Positions 9,695 through 18,549 are shown, counted from the first letter of the stretch. The stretch: 64,000 nucleotides of DNA from a virus (IMGVR_UViG_3300028590_000013:1-64000); one strand, 5' to 3'. Made by a program: numbers and translations. The notes: generated by a model not told the origin, from the letters alone.

Positions 9695-10555
9695 ATGAGC
9701 ACCAAAATCCTCGTCGTCCTCAGTGGCGGCCAAGACTCGACCACCTGCCTTGCCATCGCCATGCAGATGAAGGCCACCGGGCAGGTCGACGAAGTCCATG
9801 CCCTCACCTTCGACTACGGCCAGCGCCACCGCCGCGAAATCGACGCCGCCTACCAGATCGGACGGCTTGCCGGCGTCGACAGCCATGAGTTCCTCGAAGT
9901 CGGCGCCATCCTCAAAGGCACGAGCCCGCTCACGGATAGCAGCCAAGAACTCGAGCAATACGCGGACCACGACAGCATGGCCGCCATCATCGGCGACCGC
10001 GTGGAGAAGACCTTCGTGCCGATGCGCAACGCCCTCTTTCTAACCCTCGCCGCGAATCGCGCCGTGGTGATGGGGGCCAAGGCGATCATGACCGGCGTGT
10101 GCGAGGCCGACAACGCCAACTACCCGGACTGCCGCTATGACTTCATTAGCGCCCAGCAGGCGGCCATCAACGAGGCCTTGGGCTTCAGCGGCGGTGACGA
10201 TGGCTACATCGACATCATCACGCCGCTCATGTTCCTGAGCAAGGCGCAAAGCATCAAGCATCTGTTGAACATCGGTGGTGCCGAGCAATTCGCCTGGCTT
10301 GCCTTCAGCCACACGGCCTACGACGGCCAGTATCCGCCCCTGGGCAAGGATCACGCCACGGTGCTGCGTGCCCATGGCTTTGAAGAGGCTGGCTACCCGG
10401 ACCCCCTTATCTTGCGTGCCGTGATGGAGGGAGCCATGCCACGCCCCACCACGAAGAACTACGAGCGCGTGCCCCACGGCGTGATGCGCGCCATCGACGC
10501 TCACATCGCGACCAGCCTGAGCTGGTCGAAGGAAGGGGTGAAGAGCAATGGCTGA
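9695..10555 (+). CDS. queC: 7-cyano-7-deazaguanine (preQ0) synthase
   Basis: SGGQDSTT, FDYGQRH, TFVPMRNALFL, YPDCR, TPLMFLSKA. Confidence 0.95.
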   Translation: MSTKILVVLSGGQDSTTCLAIAMQMKATGQVDEVHALTFDYGQRHRREIDAAYQIGRLAGVDSHEFLEVGAILKGTSPLTDSSQELEQYADHDSMAAIIGDRVEKTFVPMRNALFLTLAANRAVVMGAKAIMTGVCEADNANYPDCRYDFISAQQAAINEALGFSGGDDGYIDIITPLMFLSKAQSIKHLLNIGGAEQFAWLAFSHTAYDGQYPPLGKDHATVLRAHGFEEAGYPDPLILRAVMEGAMPRPTTKNYERVPHGVMRAIDAHIATSLSWSKEGVKSNG

Positions 10556-11156
10556 AAGCAAGGGCCCCTACAAGCGTTTCCAGCCCATGGTGGGTGGTGC
10601 CATCGACAGCGCCGCCTACGCCACGGAAGGCCTCTTGCGGGCCATTGGCGAGGATCCCACGCGCCCAGGCTTGCGTGAGACGCCGATGCGCGTTGCCAAA
10701 GCCTGGGCCGAGTGGACGAGCGGCTACAGCCAGGATCCCGGTGAGATCCTCAAGACGTTCGAGGATGGCGCTGAGGGCGTGGATGAGATGGTGGTGGTCA
10801 AGGACATCGAGATCTACAGCCACTGCGAGCATCACATGGCGCCCTTCTTCGGCGTGGCGCACATCGCCTACATCCCCAACGGCAAAATCGTGGGCCTCTC
10901 GAAGCTCGCTCGCCTTGCCGACATCTTCGCCCATCGCCTGCAGGTGCAAGAGCGCCTAACTAACGACATTGCCAATGCGCTGGTGGAGCACCTGAACCCC
11001 GTGGGCGTGGGCGTCGTCGTTGAAGCCCGCCACTTTTGCATGTGCTCGCGCGGCATCAAGAAGCAAGGCTCCTCCACGATCACCTCCGCGCTCCGCGGTG
11101 CCATCAAGGACAAGGCCGAGGCCCGCGCCGAGTTCATGGCCTTTGTGAAGGGCTGA
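10548..11156 (+). CDS. folE: GTP cyclohydrolase I
   Basis: GLRETPMRV, SHCEHHMAPF, GLSKLAR, RLQVQERLT, HFCMCSRG. Confidence 0.97.
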   Translation: MAESKGPYKRFQPMVGGAIDSAAYATEGLLRAIGEDPTRPGLRETPMRVAKAWAEWTSGYSQDPGEILKTFEDGAEGVDEMVVVKDIEIYSHCEHHMAPFFGVAHIAYIPNGKIVGLSKLARLADIFAHRLQVQERLTNDIANALVEHLNPVGVGVVVEARHFCMCSRGIKKQGSSTITSALRGAIKDKAEARAEFMAFVKG

Positions 11157-11157
11157 A

Positions 11158-11283
11158 ATGAACACGTGGATGGCCGGGGGAGATAACAGCACTTGGGCCT
11201 TCAAGGCTCGCCTGGAGGGCGACCATCCGCGCACGCTTCTCTCTTTCCATTACCTCTCTCTCTCTCTCTGGGCACGAGCATGA
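11158..11283 (+). CDS. 41-aa N-terminal module of the DpdA-like protein (not in the ORF track)
   Basis: MNTWMAGGDNSTWAFKARLEGDHPRTLLSFHYLSLSLWARA; starts 1 nt after the folE stop; ATGA overlap with the next gene. Confidence 0.7.
   Translation: MNTWMAGGDNSTWAFKARLEGDHPRTLLSFHYLSLSLWARA
11254..11269 (+). repeat. (CT)8 simple sequence repeat
   Basis: CTCTCTCTCTCTCTCT at the junction between the module and the DpdA-like ORF. Confidence 0.95.
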
Positions 11284-12080
11284 TTGATCCCTCCGAGTTT
11301 TCTTTCTTCCTCGACTCCGGGGCCTACTCGGCATGGAGTCGAGGCACGGCCATTGACATCGACGAGTACATCGCATTCATCAAGGCCAACATCGAGCACA
11401 TCGAGGTCTACGCCTGCCTTGACGTGATCCCTGGATCACCAGGGAAAGCGGCCACGGAGCGCGAGCGCCAACAAGCCGCAGAGGAGACGTGGAAGAACTA
11501 CCTCTACATGAAGGCTGAGGGCCTCGATCCCCTTCCCGTCTATCACTACGGAGAGGACTACGCCTTCTTCCAGCGCATGCTGGACTACGGCTGCGACTAT
11601 GTCGGCATTGGAGGCCTCGTGGGCGTTCCTGGAGCGATGCGCAAGTATTGGCTGGATCGCCTCTTCAAGCGCATCACCGATGCCGACGGAAAGCCGCAGA
11701 TCAAGACGCACGGCTTTGGCATGACGTCTGTCTCTCTGATCTTTCGCTATCCCTGGTATAGCGTAGACAGCACGAGCTGGATCCAGGCCACGGCCAATGG
11801 TGGCATCCTCTTGCCTGCAATGCGTGGCGGTGAGTTCGTCTTCAACGAAACTCCGATGACCGTGGCTGTGTCCAATCAGAAGGGCACCACTCAGCTGAGC
11901 CCAGCCATGCGCAGCATCGTTGATCGATGGCTGGCGGTGTGCGGCAAGACCTATGCGGAGGTCAGCGAGCACTACTACCACCGCGCCGTGTGCAATGTGA
12001 CCTTCTTCAAGATGGTCAGCGAAACCAAAGCCGCCTCGGGATTCAAGCCCGATGGCATCCGTAAGCAAAGCCTCTGGTAA
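11280..12080 (+). CDS. dpdA: TGT-fold DNA transglycosylase (DpdA-like), lacking its N-terminal part
   Basis: FLDSGAYS, LDVI, PVYHYGE, VGIGG, HGFG, SVDSTSW motifs; directly follows queC-folE. Confidence 0.75.
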   Translation: MIDPSEFSFFLDSGAYSAWSRGTAIDIDEYIAFIKANIEHIEVYACLDVIPGSPGKAATERERQQAAEETWKNYLYMKAEGLDPLPVYHYGEDYAFFQRMLDYGCDYVGIGGLVGVPGAMRKYWLDRLFKRITDADGKPQIKTHGFGMTSVSLIFRYPWYSVDSTSWIQATANGGILLPAMRGGEFVFNETPMTVAVSNQKGTTQLSPAMRSIVDRWLAVCGKTYAEVSEHYYHRAVCNVTFFKMVSETKAASGFKPDGIRKQSLW

Positions 12081-12090
12081 GGAGACCACC

Positions 12091-12642
12091 ATGGCAAAAG
12101 GAAACGTCAGCCCCCTTGCGAAGCGCTGTAAGGCCGACTATGAAAAGCTGGGCCGCCTCCACGCCCGCACAGGCGCCGCAAAAGTCCCCTTCCCCCGTGA
12201 TGCCAGTTCCTGGCAGGCAAAAGCCTATTGGGCCGCATACGACGCTGATAAGGCTGAAGAAGAGAAGACACGCGAAGCCTTCGGAACCGGTGAAGAAGAT
12301 ACGGCCCAAGCTGAGGAGTTCTTCGGCGTCATGGACAAACAAATAGGCCGCATTGCCGAGGCTGCGGGACTGAGCAAAGAAGAGCTGGTTGGGCAGCAGA
12401 AGCCTGCCAAGATCAGCGCGGTCGTGAAAGTGACCACGAACCTCCAGCCCAGCGGTGTTTTCGATTTGGGTCTTCTCTTCGGGATGGATCTGAGCGAACT
12501 GCCTCCAGGTGCACGCGAGCACGTGCGCGTCCTGCGAGTGGCCGTGCTTAAGGAGACCAAGCCCCAACGCAAACAGCGGCTCAAGGCGGCCATAACCCGT
12601 ATAGCCCTGCGCCACACCCCAACCGTCAAGGCGGCAAGCTGA
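12091..12642 (+). CDS. hypothetical protein
   Basis: AAGGAG RBS; coupled to the next ORF. Confidence 0.6.
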   Translation: MAKGNVSPLAKRCKADYEKLGRLHARTGAAKVPFPRDASSWQAKAYWAAYDADKAEEEKTREAFGTGEEDTAQAEEFFGVMDKQIGRIAEAAGLSKEELVGQQKPAKISAVVKVTTNLQPSGVFDLGLLFGMDLSELPPGAREHVRVLRVAVLKETKPQRKQRLKAAITRIALRHTPTVKAAS

Positions 12643-12857
12643 TGCGCGTCTACCTTGCATCAGGCAACGCGAACTATGCCAGCGAAAATGATGGCTATGA
12701 GAAAGCGTTGCGGATGGCAGAGCACAAACACACCCTCTATAGTTTTATCTGCTTAACAGGCCTCCAGCGCCTCCCCATATATGAAAGTCTTTCTGGTAGT
12801 CGGAGCAGCGAACTCGTGGCACTCAAGCGGGTGGGGAGCCGCAGTAAGAGCGGCTGA
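12642..12857 (+). CDS. Free-standing DpdA N-terminal-like module M1
   Basis: MRVYLASG...HTLYSF pattern. Confidence 0.55.
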   Translation: MRVYLASGNANYASENDGYEKALRMAEHKHTLYSFICLTGLQRLPIYESLSGSRSSELVALKRVGSRSKSG

Positions 12858-13062
12858 AGTCGACCGCGTGCTCGTGAGCTTCGTGGAGTACGTCAAGAGC
12901 CAACGGCAAGCCATGGCTATTGAAGTCCCCTCAGGAGCCTATGCCCCAATCATCAACCGTGACGCTCGCGCCGTTGAAGAGTTCGCAGGCCTCTTGAACC
13001 TGGGGCGCAATCTTCGGGAGACCTTGGAGGGTGACGATGAAGATCTTCCTCGCCGGGCTTGA
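12781..13062 (+). CDS. Free-standing DpdA N-terminal-like module M2
   Basis: MKVFLVVG...RVLVSFVEY pattern. Confidence 0.55.
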   Translation: MKVFLVVGAANSWHSSGWGAAVRAAEVDRVLVSFVEYVKSQRQAMAIEVPSGAYAPIINRDARAVEEFAGLLNLGRNLRETLEGDDEDLPRRA

Positions 13063-13216
13063 TGCCAGCCACCTTGCAAGCAGGACCAACGGCTACACCC
13101 AGAGCGCCCACGTCTTCCCCCACGTTCTCGTTTCATTCTTTTTCTACGTCGATCCACAGAGTCATGCGCGGCAGAGCCCGCAGAACATCATCCCACCCGT
13201 GAAGGAAACCAAGTGA
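13037..13216 (+). CDS. Free-standing DpdA N-terminal-like module M3
   Basis: MKIFLAG...HVLVSFFFY pattern; GGAGG RBS. Confidence 0.6.
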   Translation: MKIFLAGLDASHLASRTNGYTQSAHVFPHVLVSFFFYVDPQSHARQSPQNIIPPVKETK

Positions 13217-13617
13217 ACAAGAAGCTCTATCTCTGCGGCCCCATTCATGGGCTTAGCGACGCCGAGTGCAACAACTGGCGCAAGTATGTCACCGCCAAGT
13301 GGAGCGGCGGCGTGATCGATCCCATGCGCCGTGATGCCCGCGGTCGCATGCACGAGCCGGGCGTTGCCAAAGAAGTCGTGGAGGCCGACAAGGCGGACAT
13401 TCTCGAAGCCTCGGCGGTCATCGTTTACTACGCCTTCCCCAGCGTGGGAACGAGCATGGAGATCCTCTTCGCCTGGGAGCAGCACAAGCCCATCATCGTC
13501 GTCAATGCCTCCATGCAGTACGACAAGGATCTCAGCCTGTGGCTGCAGTACCACGCCACGGTGATCGTCACCGGCCTGGACCCAGCTCTCCGCTATCTCG
13601 AAGCCGCTTACAACTGA
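13213..13617 (+). CDS. Nucleoside 2-deoxyribosyltransferase / RCL-like N-glycosidase
   Basis: LYLCGPI, VIDP, D..DI..A, SVGTSMEI..A...KPI. Confidence 0.8.
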   Translation: MNKKLYLCGPIHGLSDAECNNWRKYVTAKWSGGVIDPMRRDARGRMHEPGVAKEVVEADKADILEASAVIVYYAFPSVGTSMEILFAWEQHKPIIVVNASMQYDKDLSLWLQYHATVIVTGLDPALRYLEAAYN

Positions 13618-13628
13618 AAGGAAAAGCC

Positions 13629-14723
13629 ATGCCCACCATCAAACGCGAACTCATCCTGAAGACAGCCAACCTCGTGCGCCCAGCCCTGGCCACGGCGGCC
13701 TACATCCCAGCGCTGACGCACATCAGCTTCGACGGCGAATACGCGACGGCCTACAACGACATCTCGGCCATCTCGGTGCGCTGCAAAGCTGACGTGGGGC
13801 GCTGCGTTCCCGGTGACCTGCTCATCCGAGGCCTTGGCAGTTTCGGCGGCGACGAGATCGCTCTCCAGACCGGACCCAACGAAGAACTGGTGATGTCGAG
13901 CGGGCGCGGCGCCAAAGTCAAGCTCCCCACCCTCAAGCTCAAGGACTTCCCCTACCAGCCGCCTGAGGTCAACGCAAAGAAGGATGCCCCCATCACGATT
14001 GATGCAAGCATCCTCAAGGGCATTGAGCGATGCCTCATGAGCGTTAACAACGACCCCACGCACCCCGCGCAGATGGGCGTCACCCTGGACAGCGACGACA
14101 ACGGCGAAGCCCTCCTCTTCAGCACGGACAACTTCACGATCAGCCGCTATCAGACCAGCAGCGAGATCCGCCTCCCCGGCGACACGCCGGTGATCCTGCC
14201 CCGCTTCTTCTGCGAGCAGCTCATCAGCCTCTCGCGTGCCTTCCCCGCCGAGAAGATCCAGCTCTTCCTGCTGGGCGGTGCCCTCTTCGCCACCTTCGGC
14301 GAAGCCGCTGAACTCTTCAGCAAGACCCCCGTGGATCTGGAGCCCCTCGACTTCCCCACGATGATGGGCAAGCACGTGAAGCTCAAGGGCCTCAAGGATC
14401 AGCTCTTCCCCATCCCCGACTCCTGGGAGTCCGCCTTTGGCCGCGCCATGCTGGTGCTCGGCAGCGAAGACGACAAGGCCGTGAAGGTCACGCTCGGCGT
14501 CGACACGATCCAGCTCCTCTCGACTTCTCCGATGGGTGAGGCCGACGACGAGATGAAGTACGAAAGCGGCGACGGTGACCCTGACAAGCCCTTTCACGTC
14601 GACCCGGCCCTCATCATCCGCGCTTCCAAGAGCTGCGCGCTGCTGGGTTTCACGGATCGTGTCGTCATAATGGCCGACAAGGATCTCGCCTTCACTCACA
14701 TCGTTGCGCACTGCTCGAAGTAA
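13629..14723 (+). CDS. DNA polymerase III beta-clamp-like sliding clamp
   Basis: ~365 aa; IPALTHISF, GVTL..STDNFTIS, VILPR, DFP pattern of DnaN. Confidence 0.75.
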   Translation: MPTIKRELILKTANLVRPALATAAYIPALTHISFDGEYATAYNDISAISVRCKADVGRCVPGDLLIRGLGSFGGDEIALQTGPNEELVMSSGRGAKVKLPTLKLKDFPYQPPEVNAKKDAPITIDASILKGIERCLMSVNNDPTHPAQMGVTLDSDDNGEALLFSTDNFTISRYQTSSEIRLPGDTPVILPRFFCEQLISLSRAFPAEKIQLFLLGGALFATFGEAAELFSKTPVDLEPLDFPTMMGKHVKLKGLKDQLFPIPDSWESAFGRAMLVLGSEDDKAVKVTLGVDTIQLLSTSPMGEADDEMKYESGDGDPDKPFHVDPALIIRASKSCALLGFTDRVVIMADKDLAFTHIVAHCSK

Positions 14724-14727
14724 AGCC

Positions 14728-17358
14728 GTGAGCTTCTTCTACAACGAGACGAAGACCACCAAGAAGCCCAAGGCGGCGAGCGGGAAGAAGGCATCCGCTG
14801 TCATCCCTATCGCAAGCCTTCAGCAGCTTGGCTGCTCTGTCTGCCAACACAACGACAATCCCGACCTCATCACGCCGAAGATGGAGCCTAGCGGCGCCAA
14901 GAGCCCGCTGATCTATCTTCTGGGCGCCGCGCCCAGCGAAGAAGAGGACGAGGACAACAACCACTGGACCGACAAGGCGGGGGATCTGATCTACTCGAAG
15001 TTCGGCGCCAAGGTGATGCGCAAGGATGTGCGCTCCAACTTCATCACGCAGTGTCGAGGCGAGCAGACGGTCAAGGAGATCGAGTGCTGCCGCCCCCGCA
15101 TCGTCGCCGACATCGAGGCCACAGAGCCCGTGGTCATCGTGACGATCGGGGATGCCCCCTTCAAGTGGGTGACCGGCTCGACGTCGAATGCCATCCCGCA
15201 CCGCGGATCCGTCTTCCAGGTGCAGATCGGCAAACACGTTTGCTACTGCGTGCCCACCCTCTATCCGAACTTCGTCTTCAAAAAGAAGTCGTTCGGCAAG
15301 AGTGAGTATGAACTCGCCATCGAATTCGACGTTGCCAAGGCTCTGCAGCTGGCCAGCGACGTGGAGAGCGGCGAGCGCAAGCCTGCCAAGGTCTATCGCG
15401 CACCCTACGATGACGGCATTGAGATCATCACGGGGAATGAGCAGGGAGACATGGGGCGCCTGGAGCGTGCTCTCGCAGATCTCGCAAGTGAGAAGCACTC
15501 GGCACTTGACCTGGAGACGAGCGGCCTGCGGCCTTACTTCGTGAAGAAGCCGCTGATCTACATGGCGGCTGTCGGCACCTTCAAGCGCACCGTGGCCTTT
15601 GCCATCGATCACCCCGAGGGCTGGGGCACCGACGCTCGCCGCAAGAAGGTCAGTCAGCTCTTTGGCGAGTACATCATGGCGAGTGGACGCAAGCGCGTGC
15701 ACAACCTCGCCATGGAGCTGGAGTGGCTCTACTTCATCTATGGCGAGCCCATCCTCTGGTTGACCGAGTGGGATGACACTATGGCGATGGCGCACACGCT
15801 TGACGAGCGCAGTGGCACCAAGGGCCTGGGCATCCAAACGCTGATGCACTTTGGCTTCGACGTGAAGAAGCTCAGCAATATCGACGTCAGGCGCATGCTC
15901 GAGTACCCCATCAAGCAAACGCTGAAGTACAACGGCCTGGACACGAAGTGGACGGACAAGCTGGCTGATCACCTTGAGCCCATGGTGAACGCAGAGAATC
16001 GCCGTGAGTACGACCGCAAGGTGCGCCTGGCTCCGGCGCTCATTGCCACCGAAGCCAAGGGCTTGCCAGTCGACTTCAAGTATGCCCAGGCTATGAGCGA
16101 CAAGCTCGAAGACGATATCGACAAGATCGAGGCCAAGCTGCGCCGCACTCCTGAGATCCAGCGCTTCATGGAGCGCAAGGGCACGTTCCAGGCGAGCAAC
16201 CCTGACCACGTGCTCTACCTCATGGACAAGATCCTTGGCCGTCCCGAGGTTCGAGTCGAAGAGCGGGGACGTGAGGGCTACCGCATGACGACGGACGAAG
16301 AAGCGCTCTCGAAGATACCGGCGAGTGAAGTGCCCAGTGCGCCCCTGGTCCTAGCCCATCGCGGTGCCTCCAAGCTCAAGAGCACCTACATCGAGCCGGT
16401 GCTGGGCCGCCGCATCGTTTGCCCGGACGGCAAGATCCGCAGCAAGTACAGTTCCATGGTGGCCGAGACCGGGCGCCTGGCTAGCGAGGATCCCAACGTC
16501 CAGAACTTCCCGAAGCGCAAGCACAAGGAAGTGCGGGGCATGATCTACGCGCCTGACGGCCACATCATGGCGGCGCTCGACTACGGCCAGATTGAGTTCC
16601 GAGTCGTGGGCATGGCGAGCGAGGATCCTGAGCTGGTCAAAGCCTGCTGGACTGGCTACGACGTTCACCAGTTCTGGGCCCAGCGCATGGTCGACCTCTA
16701 CCCAGAGATCAAGGATTACATCGTCGAGGCCTTTGAAGTGGATTGGGATGAGAAGGGATTGAAGACGCTGCGGCAAGAGGCGAAGAATGGCTGGGTGTTC
16801 CCTCAGCTTTTCGGATCCTCTGTGCGCTCGTGTGCCGAGCAGCTCCACCTGCCCGAAGACGTCGCCGAGGATCTCGCCAGCGAGTTCTGGGACACGTTCC
16901 GCAAGGTGAAGAAGTGGCAGGAGGGACTCATGACGAAGTACTCCAAGACCCTCTACGTGGAAACGCTGGGAGGCCGCAAGCGTCGCGGCCCCATGACGAA
17001 GAACCAGATCATCAACCACCCGATCCAGGGCACGGCCTTCGACATCGTGGGCGAGGCCATGTGCGTGCTCAGCGAACAGGCCACGGCAGAGGGCGATGCC
17101 TACAAGCAGCCTGAGCTGAATGTGCACGATGACTTGACTTTCATCTTGCCCCAAGCTGACCACCTGGAGCGCATCGACGTCATCGCCCGCGAGATGTGCA
17201 AGCCGCGCTTCGACTACATCAACGTCCCACTTATCGTGGAGGCTTCGACGGGCCCACGCTGGCACGAGCTGAAGGAGATCAAGGTCTACCGCAGCCACGA
17301 GCTGTTCAACACCCCCAATCCCTACGAGAAGGAGCTGCGCCGCGCTGCGGCCCGCTGA
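14728..17358 (+). CDS. Family A DNA polymerase with N-terminal UDG family-4-like domain and 3'-5' exonuclease
   Basis: CxxC..GAAPSEEED (UDG-like), DLETSG, HN, YNGLD (exo), TGRLAS.DPNVQN, DYGQIEFR, NHPIQGTA, VHDD. Confidence 0.92.
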   Translation: MSFFYNETKTTKKPKAASGKKASAVIPIASLQQLGCSVCQHNDNPDLITPKMEPSGAKSPLIYLLGAAPSEEEDEDNNHWTDKAGDLIYSKFGAKVMRKDVRSNFITQCRGEQTVKEIECCRPRIVADIEATEPVVIVTIGDAPFKWVTGSTSNAIPHRGSVFQVQIGKHVCYCVPTLYPNFVFKKKSFGKSEYELAIEFDVAKALQLASDVESGERKPAKVYRAPYDDGIEIITGNEQGDMGRLERALADLASEKHSALDLETSGLRPYFVKKPLIYMAAVGTFKRTVAFAIDHPEGWGTDARRKKVSQLFGEYIMASGRKRVHNLAMELEWLYFIYGEPILWLTEWDDTMAMAHTLDERSGTKGLGIQTLMHFGFDVKKLSNIDVRRMLEYPIKQTLKYNGLDTKWTDKLADHLEPMVNAENRREYDRKVRLAPALIATEAKGLPVDFKYAQAMSDKLEDDIDKIEAKLRRTPEIQRFMERKGTFQASNPDHVLYLMDKILGRPEVRVEERGREGYRMTTDEEALSKIPASEVPSAPLVLAHRGASKLKSTYIEPVLGRRIVCPDGKIRSKYSSMVAETGRLASEDPNVQNFPKRKHKEVRGMIYAPDGHIMAALDYGQIEFRVVGMASEDPELVKACWTGYDVHQFWAQRMVDLYPEIKDYIVEAFEVDWDEKGLKTLRQEAKNGWVFPQLFGSSVRSCAEQLHLPEDVAEDLASEFWDTFRKVKKWQEGLMTKYSKTLYVETLGGRKRRGPMTKNQIINHPIQGTAFDIVGEAMCVLSEQATAEGDAYKQPELNVHDDLTFILPQADHLERIDVIAREMCKPRFDYINVPLIVEASTGPRWHELKEIKVYRSHELFNTPNPYEKELRRAAAR

Positions 17359-17360
17359 CC

Positions 17361-17621
17361 ATGCCTAAGCAACTCGCCCTCTGGGAAGTCCCTCTCCGCA
17401 AGGATTGGGACCTCATCGCCAAGTGCACCACCGCCATCCCCATCGTGGAGAAGACGAGTCGCCGCGTCGTGATGACGACGGCTGACCGCTCCGACGGCAT
17501 GCTCAAGCACGCCCGCACCATCACCAGCAACCACAATGCCCACGTCCGGGCCGAAAGGAAGAAGAATGCCAAGAGAGAAACTCGAGCCCGATTCATCAGC
17601 AACTACGGGGGCACCCAGTGA
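17361..17621 (+). CDS. hypothetical protein
   Basis: Small basic ORF right after the polymerase. Confidence 0.5.
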   Translation: MPKQLALWEVPLRKDWDLIAKCTTAIPIVEKTSRRVVMTTADRSDGMLKHARTITSNHNAHVRAERKKNAKRETRARFISNYGGTQ

Positions 17622-18549
17622 GCCCATCCACACGAAGTATCGGCCCCGCAAGCTCTCGGCTGTCGTCGGCCAGAAAGCCATCGTCAAGAGCATTGAGGCC
17701 GCGCTGAAGAGCAAGGCCCGCCCTCACGCCTATCTCTTCAGTGGTGGCGCTGGTACTGGCAAGACGACGCTGGCCCGCATCATTGCCGCCGAGTGTGGCT
17801 GTGATGCCATGAACCTAATCGAAGTCGATGCGGCAAGCGAGAGCGGCGTCGACGATGTGCGCAGCCTGACGTCGAGCCTCCGCTACAACGGCTTCGGCGC
17901 CAACCCGAGTAAAGCCGTCATCATCGATGAGTGCCATCGCCTGAGCAAAAACGCCTGGGACGCCCTGCTGAAGATCACCGAAGAGCCGCCGCCGCACGTC
18001 TTCTTCTTCTTCTGCACGACTGACCCAGGCAAGGTGCCCAAGGCCATTGTGACGCGCTGCTCGGCCTACAGCCTGGCGGCGCTGAAGCGCGACGACATCA
18101 TCGACGTCCTCGAAGATGTTTGTGACAAGGAGCGCTACGAGACCAACGAGCGGATCATCGACCTCATCGCTGACTCCTGCGAGGGAAGCATGCGCGGCGC
18201 CCTGACGATGCTCGCCAAGGTGCACGACTGCGACGACATCAAGGAGGCCGCCGAGCTACTGCAAAGCGCCCTGGAAAGCCCGGAGATCTTCGAGCTTTGC
18301 AAGCTGCTTTGCTGGGGCCGTCCGAACTGGGGCGAAGTCGTGGGTCTCCTTGGCGCCATCGAAGATGCACAGCCGGAGAGTATCCGCATCATGGTCACGA
18401 CCTACGTGTCCGCGGTGCTGCTGAAACCGAAGAACAAGCAGGACGTGCCCAGGCTCCTCGACGTCCTGGGTGCCTTCAGCAAGCCGTGCAATCCCACCGA
18501 CAAGATGGGCCCGATCCTCTTGGCCTGCGGCAAGCTCCTCTACGACTGA
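17566..18549 (+). CDS. DnaX (gamma/tau)-like clamp loader ATPase
   Basis: KYRP, HAYLFSGGAGTGKTTLARI, EVDAAS, IIDECHRLS, LLKITEEPP, TRC, GSMR. Confidence 0.9.
   Translation: MPREKLEPDSSATTGAPSEPIHTKYRPRKLSAVVGQKAIVKSIEAALKSKARPHAYLFSGGAGTGKTTLARIIAAECGCDAMNLIEVDAASESGVDDVRSLTSSLRYNGFGANPSKAVIIDECHRLSKNAWDALLKITEEPPPHVFFFFCTTDPGKVPKAIVTRCSAYSLAALKRDDIIDVLEDVCDKERYETNERIIDLIADSCEGSMRGALTMLAKVHDCDDIKEAAELLQSALESPEIFELCKLLCWGRPNWGEVVGLLGAIEDAQPESIRIMVTTYVSAVLLKPKNKQDVPRLLDVLGAFSKPCNPTDKMGPILLACGKLLYD

Noticed and set aside
11193-11279. ORF-track N-terminal extension MGLQGSPGG... of the DpdA-like ORF
   Set aside because: TTG start without an RBS; the alternative frame from 11158 gives the conserved module
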